Positions 16,582-26,147 of a stretch of 32,425 nucleotides of DNA are shown piece by piece. The notes below the pieces were generated by a model that did no database searches, was not told where the DNA came from, and saw only the letters and a list, made by a program, of their open reading frames with translations. Source of the stretch: Chrysochromulina tobinii (taxonomy: Eukaryota); contig JWZX01003063.1 of assembly GCA_001275005.1 (NCBI GenBank), positions 1 through 32,425 of the forward strand. The letters run 5' to 3'. Numbering within the stretch: position 1 is the first letter of the stretch; each line of letters starts with the position of its first letter. Made by a program: the position numbers and the translations under genes.

Positions 16582-17385
16582 CTATTCCGTGTCCATGGCG
16601 CCCTCGGCGGGCGCCTCGGCAGGCGGCGCCTCCTCAGGGGCAGCCTCCTCCATTGGGGGCCCGCCCGGGGTGCCCTTGACTGCGTCGACGTACGGCGCAA
16701 TCGTCTCGTCCTCGAGGATGGTGAACCCTCCCTGCAGGCCGCAGTAGCCGACGGCAACGTTGGCGGCCGTGAGCTCCTGGCCTGTGCTCAGGGTCTCCCG
16801 CAGGGCGAGCAGCGCGTGCTTGATGAGGTCGTCGAGTCCGAGCTCGGGGAATTCCTCAAAGTGCTTCTCGAGGTAGGTGCGCCCCGCCTGCGAGCGCGCG
16901 CCGATGGCCATCGCCTTGTACTCAAAGTACTGCCCCGACGGCTGCGTCTCGAACAGGTGCGGCCCCGTTCCGTCCGAGCCAACGACGAGCAAGCCCACGC
17001 CGTACGGCCGACGGCCGACCTGCTGCGTGCCGATCTGCGACTTGTCGGCGACCTGAACGACGAGCCGGCCCACCTGCATCGGCGCGTCGTACACGTAGCG
17101 GTGGTTGATGCACTCGGTGCGCATGTACTTGGCAATCACGCGCGCATCGGCGACGAGGCCCGCAATGCCAATGCCCATATTGTCATCGATCTTGAAAATC
17201 TTCTTCTGGTATGAGGAGAGCTCGCTTGAAGAGCGCTTAAGCGTGGCGACGAGGGCAAATGCGTTCGAGCGCAGCCCAATCGCCGCGCTGCCCTGTTTAA
17301 CTGCCTCCATAGCATACTCGATCTGGTGGATGCGCCCCGCGGGTGACCATGTGATGCAGTCGGTATCGTACTGGTTGCGGAACAT
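16582..17385 (-). CDS. PSMA1: 20S proteasome subunit alpha type-1 (alpha6)
   Basis: MFRNQYDTDCITWSPAGRIHQIEYAMEAVKQGS, SELSSYQKKIFKID, RRPYGVGLLV, AIGARSQAGRTYLEK; acidic tail; 267 aa. Confidence 0.97.
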   Translation of the reverse strand: MFRNQYDTDCITWSPAGRIHQIEYAMEAVKQGSAAIGLRSNAFALVATLKRSSSELSSYQKKIFKIDDNMGIGIAGLVADARVIAKYMRTECINHRYVYDAPMQVGRLVVQVADKSQIGTQQVGRRPYGVGLLVVGSDGTGPHLFETQPSGQYFEYKAMAIGARSQAGRTYLEKHFEEFPELGLDDLIKHALLALRETLSTGQELTAANVAVGYCGLQGGFTILEDETIAPYVDAVKGTPGGPPMEEAAPEEAPPAEAPAEGAMDTE

Positions 17386-17704
17386 GGCGGGGAACGAGGC
17401 GGCGACTAGGAAGACTGCTGCGCAACGATCGGGCAAGGTACACGTCAGCGGACGCGGAGGTCGCGCAGAGTTCGCAAGCGTGTGTGCGTGCGTGCGCGCG
17501 CGCCGCGCCGCATGGCCTACGGTCGCGGCGCCGATGACTCGAGTCACAGCTCAACGGATCTGTGAATATTTCGTACAGTCGACTGTACCCCTGCAAATTG
17601 AGTGCCACGCAACGATCAGGATTGTCGCGTCTGTCGAATTAACGTTCTCACACACGCGTCGCGTTGGGCGCCCTTTCTTTTCTAGAAGCCGAAATCGCGC
17701 GTCC

Positions 17705-18787
17705 ATGGAGTTCGGGAACGCTGCATTCGTCGACGAGGAGTACGAGACGGCGATCAGCCACTACAGCAAGGCGATCGCGGCCAACCCTGAGGATGCCGAC
17801 GCCTTCTCCAAGCGCGCGGCGGCGCACCTGCGCCTCAAGCGCTACACCGAGGCCGTCTCCGACGCGACGCTCTCTGTCAAGCTGCTTGCGACACCCAAGG
17901 CCTTCCAGCGCAAGGGGCAGGCATCGTTCGCGCTGGGCGAGTACGAGGCGGCACGCGCCGCGTTTGCCAAGGCGCTCGAGCTCAGCGGCGACGGCCGCGA
18001 GCTGAAACGGTGGATGCGCAAGTGCGACGCCGAGATTGCACTTGAGAAGGCGCCGCCGACACCCGTGCCGCTCGCGCCCGCCCCGCCGTCGACGACGGCC
18101 AACCCAGCCGCTCCCGCGCCCTCCGCGGCACCCGCCGCGCCCGCTCCCACCTCCGACCCGAGCAAGATCCGGCACGAGTGGTACCAGACTCAGAGTGAGG
18201 TGGTCGTCTCCGTGCTCGCACGCAACGTATCGCCAGAGAAGGTGCAGGTGGACTTCCACGAGGCGGAGGTCGACGTGTCCATCAAGCTCGAGAGCGGCGC
18301 CGAGTATATTCACACCTTCAGCCTATTCCACAAGATCGTGCCCGAACAGAGCAAGTATAGCGTCGGCGCCTCCAAGATCGAGCTCAAGCTGAAGAAGCAC
18401 ACAATGGGCAAGTGGGAGACCCTAGAGGGCTCGGGCGACGCGGAGGTGATTGCGGGGGCACTCAACGCCGAGCCAGCGGTGGCGGATGAAGCGCTCAAGC
18501 CGGCCTCCAAGAAGGTGTATTCGGGGAGCAGCAAGGACTGGGACGCCGTCGAGTCCAAGCTCAAGAAGGAGGAAGAGGACGAGAAGCCCGAGGGCGAGGA
18601 GGCGCTCAATAAGCTCTTCCGCGACATCTACGGCCGCTCTGACGAGACGACGCGCCGCGCGATGAACAAATCATTCCAGACCTCGGGTGGCACTGTGCTC
18701 TCGACCAACTGGAAGGAGGTTGCCGAAAAAGATTACGAAAAGGATCGCTCCGCGCCTGACGGCCAGGAGTGGAAGAAGTGGGGCTAG
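17705..18787 (+). CDS. SGT1: SGT1 (suppressor of G2 allele of skp1) Hsp90 co-chaperone, TPR-CS-SGS
   Basis: TPRs (GNAAFVDEEYETAI..., WMRKC), CS domain (KIRHEWYQT...KIELKLKK), SGS domain (GEEALNKLFRDIY...RRAMNKSFQTSGGTVLSTNWKEV); 360 aa from ATG 17705. Confidence 0.96.
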   Translation: MEFGNAAFVDEEYETAISHYSKAIAANPEDADAFSKRAAAHLRLKRYTEAVSDATLSVKLLATPKAFQRKGQASFALGEYEAARAAFAKALELSGDGRELKRWMRKCDAEIALEKAPPTPVPLAPAPPSTTANPAAPAPSAAPAAPAPTSDPSKIRHEWYQTQSEVVVSVLARNVSPEKVQVDFHEAEVDVSIKLESGAEYIHTFSLFHKIVPEQSKYSVGASKIELKLKKHTMGKWETLEGSGDAEVIAGALNAEPAVADEALKPASKKVYSGSSKDWDAVESKLKKEEEDEKPEGEEALNKLFRDIYGRSDETTRRAMNKSFQTSGGTVLSTNWKEVAEKDYEKDRSAPDGQEWKKWG

Positions 18788-19155
18788 TTCGGGAGGCGGT
18801 GCGGACCTGCATGCACGATGCACAGTCGGAGCACTGCCCGCTGTTAGAAGAAGGCTGTGTCGTATGCCGCCGTGCGTGCACGGCCGGCACGCGAATCGAG
18901 ACCACGAGAAGCACCGCTGTAGACAACGAGACGCACACCGCGAGTCCGCGACGGCCTGGAGACTCGACAGAGAGTGTATGTAACGAGTTACTATTTCTTA
19001 AACCGCTTTGACGGCAGCATCTGCGCGCCTTCGACGTTTCACGCGTCGTGTCCTGTATATAAATGCACACCGTAACTTTCACTTCAAAAACGAAAAAGCC
19101 GCAAGACCGCGAAGCCGCAAGACCAAGAGGCCAAACAGCCAGAAGGCACGCGGTC

Positions 19156-22100
19156 TCATTTCGATTTCCTAATGAAGATGCTGGGCCCAGGTTCTGCGAA
19201 GCTGACGACAGCTGGACCTGCAGGCGCCGGTGGCTCGGGGGCGGCGGCATGGTTCGCCACCTTGGTGGCGGACGGCGCTCCCTCAACCGCCTCGTGCTCG
19301 TCGAACGCACGCTCCCCCTTCCACATCTTGAAGCCCCCCACCAGCCGCGTAAGAAGGGGGCGCTTCTTGCTGTGCCCATGGCCGCTGAGGTGGCCACGCC
19401 AGTGGCGGTTGCGCAGGAAGTCGACAATGTCACGAGCAAGCTCCTTCTCAAGGTACTTGGGCTGTCGGAGCTTGGTGTACTCGACGGTCTTCGCGTGGAT
19501 GAGCGCCTCAGTCATCTTGGACGCTAGCGCCACCTCCTTGGCCTTGCCTTCGATGGCAAGGAGCGCCGGCTGAAAGATGCCGTGGAGCGCCTCGGTGTCG
19601 CGCACCTGCGGCTCGACCACGCACAGGAAAGAGCATAGGTTAGGCTGCTCGACGAGCGCCTCGAAGACAGCGGCTGCGCCCTCGGCGGAAGCAAGCACGC
19701 AGTATGCAAAGTGTTTGCCACAGCTTTTGATGACGTCCGCCAGGAAGTCGGAGGTGGCGATCGGATCTTCGGCCTTGCGACGCGCCTGCAAGCTGGCCCG
19801 CGAGGCACCAAAGCCCGGAAGGTCGATTGCCACGTGAAAGAAGTCGATGGGCTCGTCGCACCCCTTACCAGTGTTGAGCTCCTCGAGGAAAGCCCTCCGT
19901 GGGCCCGCAGGCGCCTCAGGGCCAACGAGCTCGACCATCTGCCCGTACAGCGCACTCACCACGTGGTCGGCCCCTTTCGAAGCCGATTGCAGCAGCAGTG
20001 TGGGGGTCTTCTCCTTGGGCGCCAAGTCGATCGAGGGCGGCACGCGAAGAGGTGCCCCTGCTGCCATCACCAACGAAGGTACGATAGGAGGCGCAGCCAA
20101 AGCTGATGAAAAGGGTGGCGGCGGCGCTGGTGCCTGTGGGGGCTGCGGGGGCTGCGGGGCCCGCGCTGCAGCTGCGGATGCACTACGGCCCACGCTACCG
20201 TTGCCGCTGCCGCTGCCGCTGCGTGGCGGTGCTCGTGGTGACGCCGAGTGACGACGTGCTGAGCTCTGCCCGGATACGGGTGGGCGCTGTTTGGTTCGGT
20301 TGGAGGTGCGACCTGCACGAGGTGATGGTGGGCGTGATAGCGGCGGGCGCGAGCTACTCGTCTTCGGGCTTGCAGGCGCAGCAGTAGCCCCCCCGCTAGG
20401 CGGTAATGTGGCAGGTCCTGGCAGTATGGTGGTGGCACTGGGCTCGGACGTAACAACGGGATCAGGCGGCGGCGATGGTGGGTTGATGCGGTCTGGGCTG
20501 CGGCTACGGCTGCGGCTGCGGCTGTGACTCGCATCGGGCGGCGAAAGCGGCGAAGGTGGTGATGGCGGTGATGGCGGCGATGGCAGCGATGTCGGCGATG
20601 GCGGCGAAGGCGGAGGCCATGTTCCAGATAGTGGCCGATGCTGCGGCTGCGGTTGTGGCTGCGGCTGCTGCCGTGCACCGCCCACTGCAGCGCTCGGTGC
20701 GAGCAGACGGGCGGCCTCGGGCAGAGCAGGAGCAGGCAGGGACGCACTCTGGCTCTTGGGCACTGCGCTGGTCGTCTTCGGACCGCAGCTCGATCGTGAT
20801 CGAGCTGCAGTCATGCTGGCGCTCTGCCCAGCGCCTGCGATGCTGCCGCCACCGACGCAGCCACTGCCTCCGCCGCCGTTCACAGCTGCGACAGAAGCAA
20901 ATGCGCTCGGTGGTGCTGCTGGCCCAACCCGTGCCAGAGGATCGTCGGGCACAGCGGCGGCACGAGAATGTGCCCGTTTGGCTGCGTGCACCAACGGCAG
21001 CGCTTCCCCTGCGGCGACCGCAGCCGCAGCCGCTGCAGCGGAGGTGAGCGGTGCGCCGACACTCGCCGCCAGCGCCAGCTTGATCTGCGCCTCGCCGATT
21101 GAGCCAATGCTCCGGCTGGCTGCTTTCGTAGCGTCAACCCCGGACACTGCAAGCCGAGTGGCGGCCAACTCGGTGGGCGCCACAATGAGGTTCGCATTTT
21201 TGGCCCCTAGTGGCGGCGCGGCGGCACCAACGGTGACGCGGGCGCTCGTGCCGACCAGTTTGGAGTGCCCGCGCCCGAGGTACGATACCCATCCCGATAA
21301 CTCCTGGCCGCGCCGCTCCGCGTACGTGACCGGGGCGGCGTGGCCGAGCTCCTTGTCGCGCCTAACCGGCAGCTCCGATGGCAGCTGAACGACGATGTGA
21401 CGAGCAAACACACCCGAGGTCTCACGACCAAGCGTCTCACGACCAAGCTTGTGGACGATCTGAAGCGGCGCCACGCCTATCTCGGCGCCCCAGTGCACTC
21501 GAATGTGCACGGTCGCGCCTCGGCGCATCGGGCGCGTGAATATGTAGTCGACGCGCTGATCACTCACCTTCGAAGGCTGCGTGAGCGCCACAGTGCTGTC
21601 CGCGTCGTCGGTCGACTCGGGGTTGTAATTGAGCACCACCTCAGCAATGATCGAGTTTGGCGCGTCGTCGAGTTGCTGCGTACAGTCGCAGCCACGATGG
21701 ACGAGCGTGCCACCTTTGGCCCTGAGCAGCCCGACGAAGATGCTCGCCTTGGTGCGTTGGCGCGGCGTCGAGTCTCCAGCACCCGCGAGCGTCGAGCCAA
21801 ATTCGATCACGAGCCGCAAGCTGCTGCGCCGTTCCGCTTCGTGCTCGTCGAGGCGTGCGCGCCAAGCGGTGACCATCAGCGGCTCGTCACGGAGCGTCTC
21901 CATACGCACGCACATCGCCTTGTCGTGCTCGCTGTCGCACTCGGGCGCGCCATTGGGCGTGGCGCACACGGGGCAGACTCGGTGGTACAGGATGGAGCGC
22001 TCGACACAAAGGGCGCAGAGCACGTGCCGGCAGGCCACAAGCCTTGTCGGCCGCAACAGTGGCGATTTACACAAGGAGCAAAGCGTCTGCGCGAGCTCGC

Positions 22101-23892
22101 GCTGTCGCCGGAGCAGAGCCTTCGCCAGCTTGCCTCGCAGCACGGCGAAGCGGTCGTCGTAGTCGTCCTCATCGCGGCCCTCAGCGCCCTCATCGTTTGC
22201 CACAACGTCCTTGCCCCTGCCTTCCTTGCCCCTCTTGCCCTCAACCCCGCCCTCCGCCGCACCCGCCGCCTTGTCGCCCGCTCCGCTGCTGCCGCTCGCC
22301 GCGGTGCCCTTGGCCTTGCCACCCTTAGCTTCCCCCTTTGCGTCCTGGTTGGGCTCGCCCTTCATCTCCTTGAGGACTCCCTTGCGCCCGAGCAGTGCGT
22401 TCGCATGGCTCTCCCGCTTCGCGATGGACAGGTTGGTCACGAGGCTGTTCCAGGCCATCGACGTCTGGCCGGCACCGTGCACGTAGAGCATGAGTGGGTT
22501 GGCCGGGTCGCCGCACGTGCGCGCAAAGACGGAGCCCATCCGGATCTGTACCGTCTCGGCGCGCCGGTTCATGTCGTCGTCCTCGTCGAATTGGTCATTA
22601 GCCATCGGGCTCGCGGCGGCGATCGCCTTGTGCTCCTCCGTCACTACCGTCTCCTCAAAGGCGTCGCCCTCGAGCAAGGCGTCGTTGTTGCTCTCCTCAA
22701 GGCGTGCAGTGCGTCGCGCGTACTCGAGCGTGCATTTGGTCTCATGCGCGAACGCCGAGTTTGGCGAGATGCAGCATAACATCTCGGTCAGGCACGGCTT
22801 GTCGCCACCGAGCACGCTAGAGAGGAGCTGAGTCACCACCGAATCTCGGTAGGGCACGTGGGCTGCCTTGTCACTCATGGCCATCAGCACGCGGCCGAGC
22901 GCGACGAGGCCCGCGTTGATGCCGCGCAGAGGCTGATCGTCTTGATACCGGAATGTCTCGCTGCCAGCCAGGTCAATCATGTAAAAATTGGACGTCGTCT
23001 TTTCGGACTCGGCGAGGCCGTCCTTTATTTGTTCGCGCGTCGTCGCGCCGCGCTTGGACTGGCTCCGCTCGAGGATGAGCTGAAGGAAGCAGTGCGAGCG
23101 CGACGAGTGCTCGTGCATCAGATTGGCTGCCGTTGTGCGTGTGGCCATGCCGCGCTCAATGGTGTGAGTGAGCGAGCGGCTGCTGTAGATGCGTTCGATC
23201 CTGTTGCCAAGCAAGCTGCTGCCTAACAATCCGCACTGCGGCTGGTTGCCCTCCTTGTCCGAGGGCGCGAGCAGGTCGTAAATGTTCTTCCCCTGGATCT
23301 CGACGAGAGTCGCGAAGAGAGCAAACTTGACCATGCCCACCGTGTCCTTCTCGATGGCCATGGTCCGCCGGAATAGCTCGGAGACAGTTGCTGGCACCAC
23401 ACCGTCGAGTTTGCTTGGGTTCTTTCCGCCCTCTGCGCCATACATGGAGAAGGTCTTTCCCGCACCCGTCTGGCCGTAAGCGAAGAGCAGCGAGTCGCGG
23501 CCCTTGAGTGCAGATTCGATCATCGGCACGCCGCAGGACAGGTACACCTCGTGCTGCGTGCAACTGGGCCCTAGCACCACGCCAAATTTGGACTCCTCCT
23601 TGGAAGGCTTGTGCACCTCCAAATACCCGCCAACGTGAGGCTCGCAGCGGATGTGGTTATCTTCATTGCTATTAGGTGGGCGCACACGGCAAATAACACG
23701 AGTGACGTTGTTGATGTAGGCGTACGGGTCTCGTGCTGAAGTAGGGCGTGAGGCAGGTGGTGACGCCGGCCGTGAGGAAGGTCGAGAGGGCGGTCGAGAG
23801 CCAGGAGGGGACGTTGGCCCGGAGGCTGGACGAGAGGTTGATGCGGGCGAAAGGCGGTCAAATAGCGTCGTGGACCGGGGCAATGCGGGCAT
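19156..23892 (-). CDS. Kinesin motor fused to a split alpha/beta-hydrolase fold with inserted RING finger, YEATS-like domain and disordered tract (1578 aa)
   Basis: Motor about 22700-23710: RVICRVRP, AYGQTGAGKTFSM, SSRSH, DLAGSE, HVPYRDS, ETKCTLEYA. Hydrolase N-part GDPANPLMLYVHGAGQTSMAW about 22430-22535. C3HC4 RING 21964-22080. Hydrolase C-part HVAIDLPGFGAS..DFLADVI about 19410-19843. Confidence 0.85.
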   Translation of the reverse strand: MPALPRSTTLFDRLSPASTSRPASGPTSPPGSRPPSRPSSRPASPPASRPTSARDPYAYINNVTRVICRVRPPNSNEDNHIRCEPHVGGYLEVHKPSKEESKFGVVLGPSCTQHEVYLSCGVPMIESALKGRDSLLFAYGQTGAGKTFSMYGAEGGKNPSKLDGVVPATVSELFRRTMAIEKDTVGMVKFALFATLVEIQGKNIYDLLAPSDKEGNQPQCGLLGSSLLGNRIERIYSSRSLTHTIERGMATRTTAANLMHEHSSRSHCFLQLILERSQSKRGATTREQIKDGLAESEKTTSNFYMIDLAGSETFRYQDDQPLRGINAGLVALGRVLMAMSDKAAHVPYRDSVVTQLLSSVLGGDKPCLTEMLCCISPNSAFAHETKCTLEYARRTARLEESNNDALLEGDAFEETVVTEEHKAIAAASPMANDQFDEDDDMNRRAETVQIRMGSVFARTCGDPANPLMLYVHGAGQTSMAWNSLVTNLSIAKRESHANALLGRKGVLKEMKGEPNQDAKGEAKGGKAKGTAASGSSGAGDKAAGAAEGGVEGKRGKEGRGKDVVANDEGAEGRDEDDYDDRFAVLRGKLAKALLRRQRELAQTLCSLCKSPLLRPTRLVACRHVLCALCVERSILYHRVCPVCATPNGAPECDSEHDKAMCVRMETLRDEPLMVTAWRARLDEHEAERRSSLRLVIEFGSTLAGAGDSTPRQRTKASIFVGLLRAKGGTLVHRGCDCTQQLDDAPNSIIAEVVLNYNPESTDDADSTVALTQPSKVSDQRVDYIFTRPMRRGATVHIRVHWGAEIGVAPLQIVHKLGRETLGRETSGVFARHIVVQLPSELPVRRDKELGHAAPVTYAERRGQELSGWVSYLGRGHSKLVGTSARVTVGAAAPPLGAKNANLIVAPTELAATRLAVSGVDATKAASRSIGSIGEAQIKLALAASVGAPLTSAAAAAAAVAAGEALPLVHAAKRAHSRAAAVPDDPLARVGPAAPPSAFASVAAVNGGGGSGCVGGGSIAGAGQSASMTAARSRSSCGPKTTSAVPKSQSASLPAPALPEAARLLAPSAAVGGARQQPQPQPQPQHRPLSGTWPPPSPPSPTSLPSPPSPPSPPSPLSPPDASHSRSRSRSRSPDRINPPSPPPDPVVTSEPSATTILPGPATLPPSGGATAAPASPKTSSSRPPLSRPPSPRAGRTSNRTKQRPPVSGQSSARRHSASPRAPPRSGSGSGNGSVGRSASAAAARAPQPPQPPQAPAPPPPFSSALAAPPIVPSLVMAAGAPLRVPPSIDLAPKEKTPTLLLQSASKGADHVVSALYGQMVELVGPEAPAGPRRAFLEELNTGKGCDEPIDFFHVAIDLPGFGASRASLQARRKAEDPIATSDFLADVIKSCGKHFAYCVLASAEGAAAVFEALVEQPNLCSFLCVVEPQVRDTEALHGIFQPALLAIEGKAKEVALASKMTEALIHAKTVEYTKLRQPKYLEKELARDIVDFLRNRHWRGHLSGHGHSKKRPLLTRLVGGFKMWKGERAFDEHEAVEGAPSATKVANHAAAPEPPAPAGPAVVSFAEPGPSIFIRKSK

Positions 23893-24138
23893 GCTCGTGG
23901 GTGGGCAATATCAGCGCAGCTGCCCGCTCCAAGATGAGGACGGACGTCGGGCGTGGAAGTCGTGGAAGCCGTTTAGAGGACCTTTAAGCGTGAACTTACG
24001 TGTGAACGGAGCGAGCCCTCCTGAAAAGTGAAGAGTGCTCAACGTGGTGCAATTCGCCTGCTGGCAGGTCTTAATTTTTCTAGAAGCTCCCAGGGGAGGA
24101 TTGAATTTAGTTGGGTTTCGCGACAGCCCCCCTCGGGT

Positions 24139-25107
24139 CTAAGCTGAGCTTCGCCATCCCGCCAACCCGACGCTGATCTCGAGTAGCACTGCAGCATACT
24201 GCTCCGGCCCTTCCTCGTCGCCGTTCCATCCCTCTGCGCCATCCAGGGCGATGTCGAGGCCGAGACGCCGTTCTTGGGCCGCCTGCAGCATAGAAAGGCG
24301 GGCGTCCTGATCGACGAGACGCGCCGCGATAAATCCCAGGCATCTAAGCTCATCAAGCATCGTCTGCCCATCTTCGTCGGCGTGACCGGACAGACCATCC
24401 GCCAGCGCGCGTGCGGCAGTGCATGCGCTGCCGAGGGCTTCGTGCCTCGACTCGGATACGATCCAGCAATCGGGCAGCTCGCCCAAAAAGTCGAGGACGA
24501 GTACTAATTGCGGCAGAAGATGGCGAAGGGCCGCCGCGCTGCCCGAAGCCGTCAAGGCCAGCTCATCGTTGATGCGTGTTGCAAGGCGGCCGGCACACTG
24601 TGTGGCCTGGGAGACGGCCACATTCGGCGGGAGCGGCTCATCAGCCGTGTGCGCCGCCGCGATGCTCCGCTGTAGTAGGCCCACTGCGAGAGGAACGTGC
24701 TGCTCCAGCCATTGCCTGACGGGCAGCGGCCCGACACAGCGGCCATCCGGGGTAAGCACACAGTCGCCAGCAGTGCCTTTCGCCTCAGCCATGAGAGCCG
24801 TGGCCCATGCCTGGATCGGATCGTCACGCCAGTGCTCGATAAGAAGGCGCCCATCTTCTGTGCCGTCGTCCTCATCATCGTCACCGTCCACCTCGCCTGT
24901 GATCAAGGCGCGCTCGATCTCGGCAATCTCTTGGTCGCTGAGGTGCTCAGAGAGCAGGTAATGTCCCAGCTGCTCTGGCAAAGGTAGGCGCATGTCCTTG
25001 ACGCGCTTCGGGTTCAGAAAGATGTCGTCGCGCGCACGCACGAAGGCGAGAAGGTGCTCCTCGTGCGCCCGCGCGAGAGCAACGAGTTGGTCAGCGGAGG
25101 CAGGCAT
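24139..25107 (-). CDS. Hypothetical acidic, Leu/Ala-rich helical protein (322 aa)
   Basis: ATG-initiated ORF with protein-like composition, filling the gap between the kinesin and the next gene; no family recognised. Confidence 0.65.
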   Translation of the reverse strand: MPASADQLVALARAHEEHLLAFVRARDDIFLNPKRVKDMRLPLPEQLGHYLLSEHLSDQEIAEIERALITGEVDGDDDEDDGTEDGRLLIEHWRDDPIQAWATALMAEAKGTAGDCVLTPDGRCVGPLPVRQWLEQHVPLAVGLLQRSIAAAHTADEPLPPNVAVSQATQCAGRLATRINDELALTASGSAAALRHLLPQLVLVLDFLGELPDCWIVSESRHEALGSACTAARALADGLSGHADEDGQTMLDELRCLGFIAARLVDQDARLSMLQAAQERRLGLDIALDGAEGWNGDEEGPEQYAAVLLEISVGLAGWRSSA

Positions 25108-25128
25108 CCCGCCGTCCTCGGGGCGGAA

Positions 25129-25214
25129 AATGGAGGGCGGGAAGGGAAAACGGGGTTACAGGGGAGGGTCCTGAGGGAGGGGACAGGAGGGGAGGGAGGA
25201 GTGAGGGAGGGAGG
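25129..25214 (+). promoter_or_regulatory. Polypurine GGGA-rich tract (G-quadruplex/triplex-capable) in a 152-nt divergent intergenic gap
   Basis: More than ten G3/G4 runs (..GGGGAGGG..GAGGGAGGGGACAGGAGGGGAGGGAGGAGTGAGGGAGGGAGG) between the starts at 25107 and 25260. Confidence 0.55.
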
Positions 25215-25259
25215 CTCGGTGAGGTATTTCTTGACGGCGAATTCCTCAGAAACATTCAT

Positions 25260-26147
25260 ATGAACGAAGCCACGCGGACCGTTGGCAGCGTCGGCAGAGT
25301 CATGAAGCGGCACGCCGCGAAGCAGGCCGAGGAAGTGAATGCGCGGCAGATGGTGATCCGTGATGCCGACGCGGCGACCATCGCGCGCTATTGCCAGCCG
25401 CGAGGCAACACACCCGCTGCGAGACCGCCGCCGTTTGCTGTCAGCCACACAGACCCGATGCAGCAAACGGCGATGCAGATGTCACAGATGCGTCTCTCCG
25501 CGACGCCACAACAGCCGCCGCACGCGTATGCCGCCCCGGCTGTTGATCGTCCGGAGACGCCCAACCTATTTGCAGAAGCGAAGAAGCGCAAGGCGAAGAT
25601 CAGTGTGAACGACGTCTTCCCCAACGACGCATCGGAGGCTGAGCCCATGCCCTGGCCCGCCGGTGGCGCCGCGCAGCCGCCGCCTAGTGCAGGCCGTGCG
25701 ACCTTGCCGCCGTCGACTGCCTTCGAGCCCCTCGTGGCGGGCGCGCCCAAGGCCGGGCGCAGGCTGCTCGGCAACCCGTTTCCGGGCGACTCGCGTGGCC
25801 AGCAGTCCGGCAGCAACTTGTGGCGCACGCCTGAAGACGCCACTGCGGTGGCGCCCCCCTCGAGGGGCGGGCTCGGGTCAACAGCCGCTTCCCCGACCCC
25901 GCTCGGAAGCCACCCGGGCTCGCAGTATGCACAGTATGCGCAGCCGACGATGGTCATGCAGCCGCAGCAGCCGCCCACGCCATTTGGCATGCCACAGCCG
26001 CAGCCGGCGCCCTTCGGGATGCAGCCCGCATCCAAGCTGGGCGCGCAGCCCTACTCGTTCAACGCCATGTTTGCGGCGAACAACGCGAAGCCGGCGGCGG
26101 GCGCGCAGGCAATGGGTCGGTCCTCGAGCAAGTTTATTCTTGGCTGA
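25260..26147 (+). CDS. Hypothetical Pro/Gln/Ala-rich disordered protein (295 aa)
   Basis: ATG ORF with GC3-rich codons; PFGM repeats, basic AKKRKAK patch, ends SSSKFILG; no family recognised. Confidence 0.6.
   Translation: MNEATRTVGSVGRVMKRHAAKQAEEVNARQMVIRDADAATIARYCQPRGNTPAARPPPFAVSHTDPMQQTAMQMSQMRLSATPQQPPHAYAAPAVDRPETPNLFAEAKKRKAKISVNDVFPNDASEAEPMPWPAGGAAQPPPSAGRATLPPSTAFEPLVAGAPKAGRRLLGNPFPGDSRGQQSGSNLWRTPEDATAVAPPSRGGLGSTAASPTPLGSHPGSQYAQYAQPTMVMQPQQPPTPFGMPQPQPAPFGMQPASKLGAQPYSFNAMFAANNAKPAAGAQAMGRSSSKFILG

Noticed and set aside
17105..17704. Apparent overlapping extensions of SGT1 (from 17105) and PSMA1 (to 17547)
   Set aside because: Open-frame run-through in GC-rich DNA; homology starts at 17705 and 17385, so there is no true overlap.
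21340..22779. 479-aa plus-strand ORF and many other long antisense or alternate-frame ORFs across the window
   Set aside because: Shadow frames of GC3-rich genes, with Arg/Ala/Val-rich non-protein-like composition.
24020..24140. Possible snRNA (AATTTTTC next to short stems)
   Set aside because: No U1/U2/U4/U5/U6 conserved signature; it fits the 3' UTR/promoter gap between two genes.
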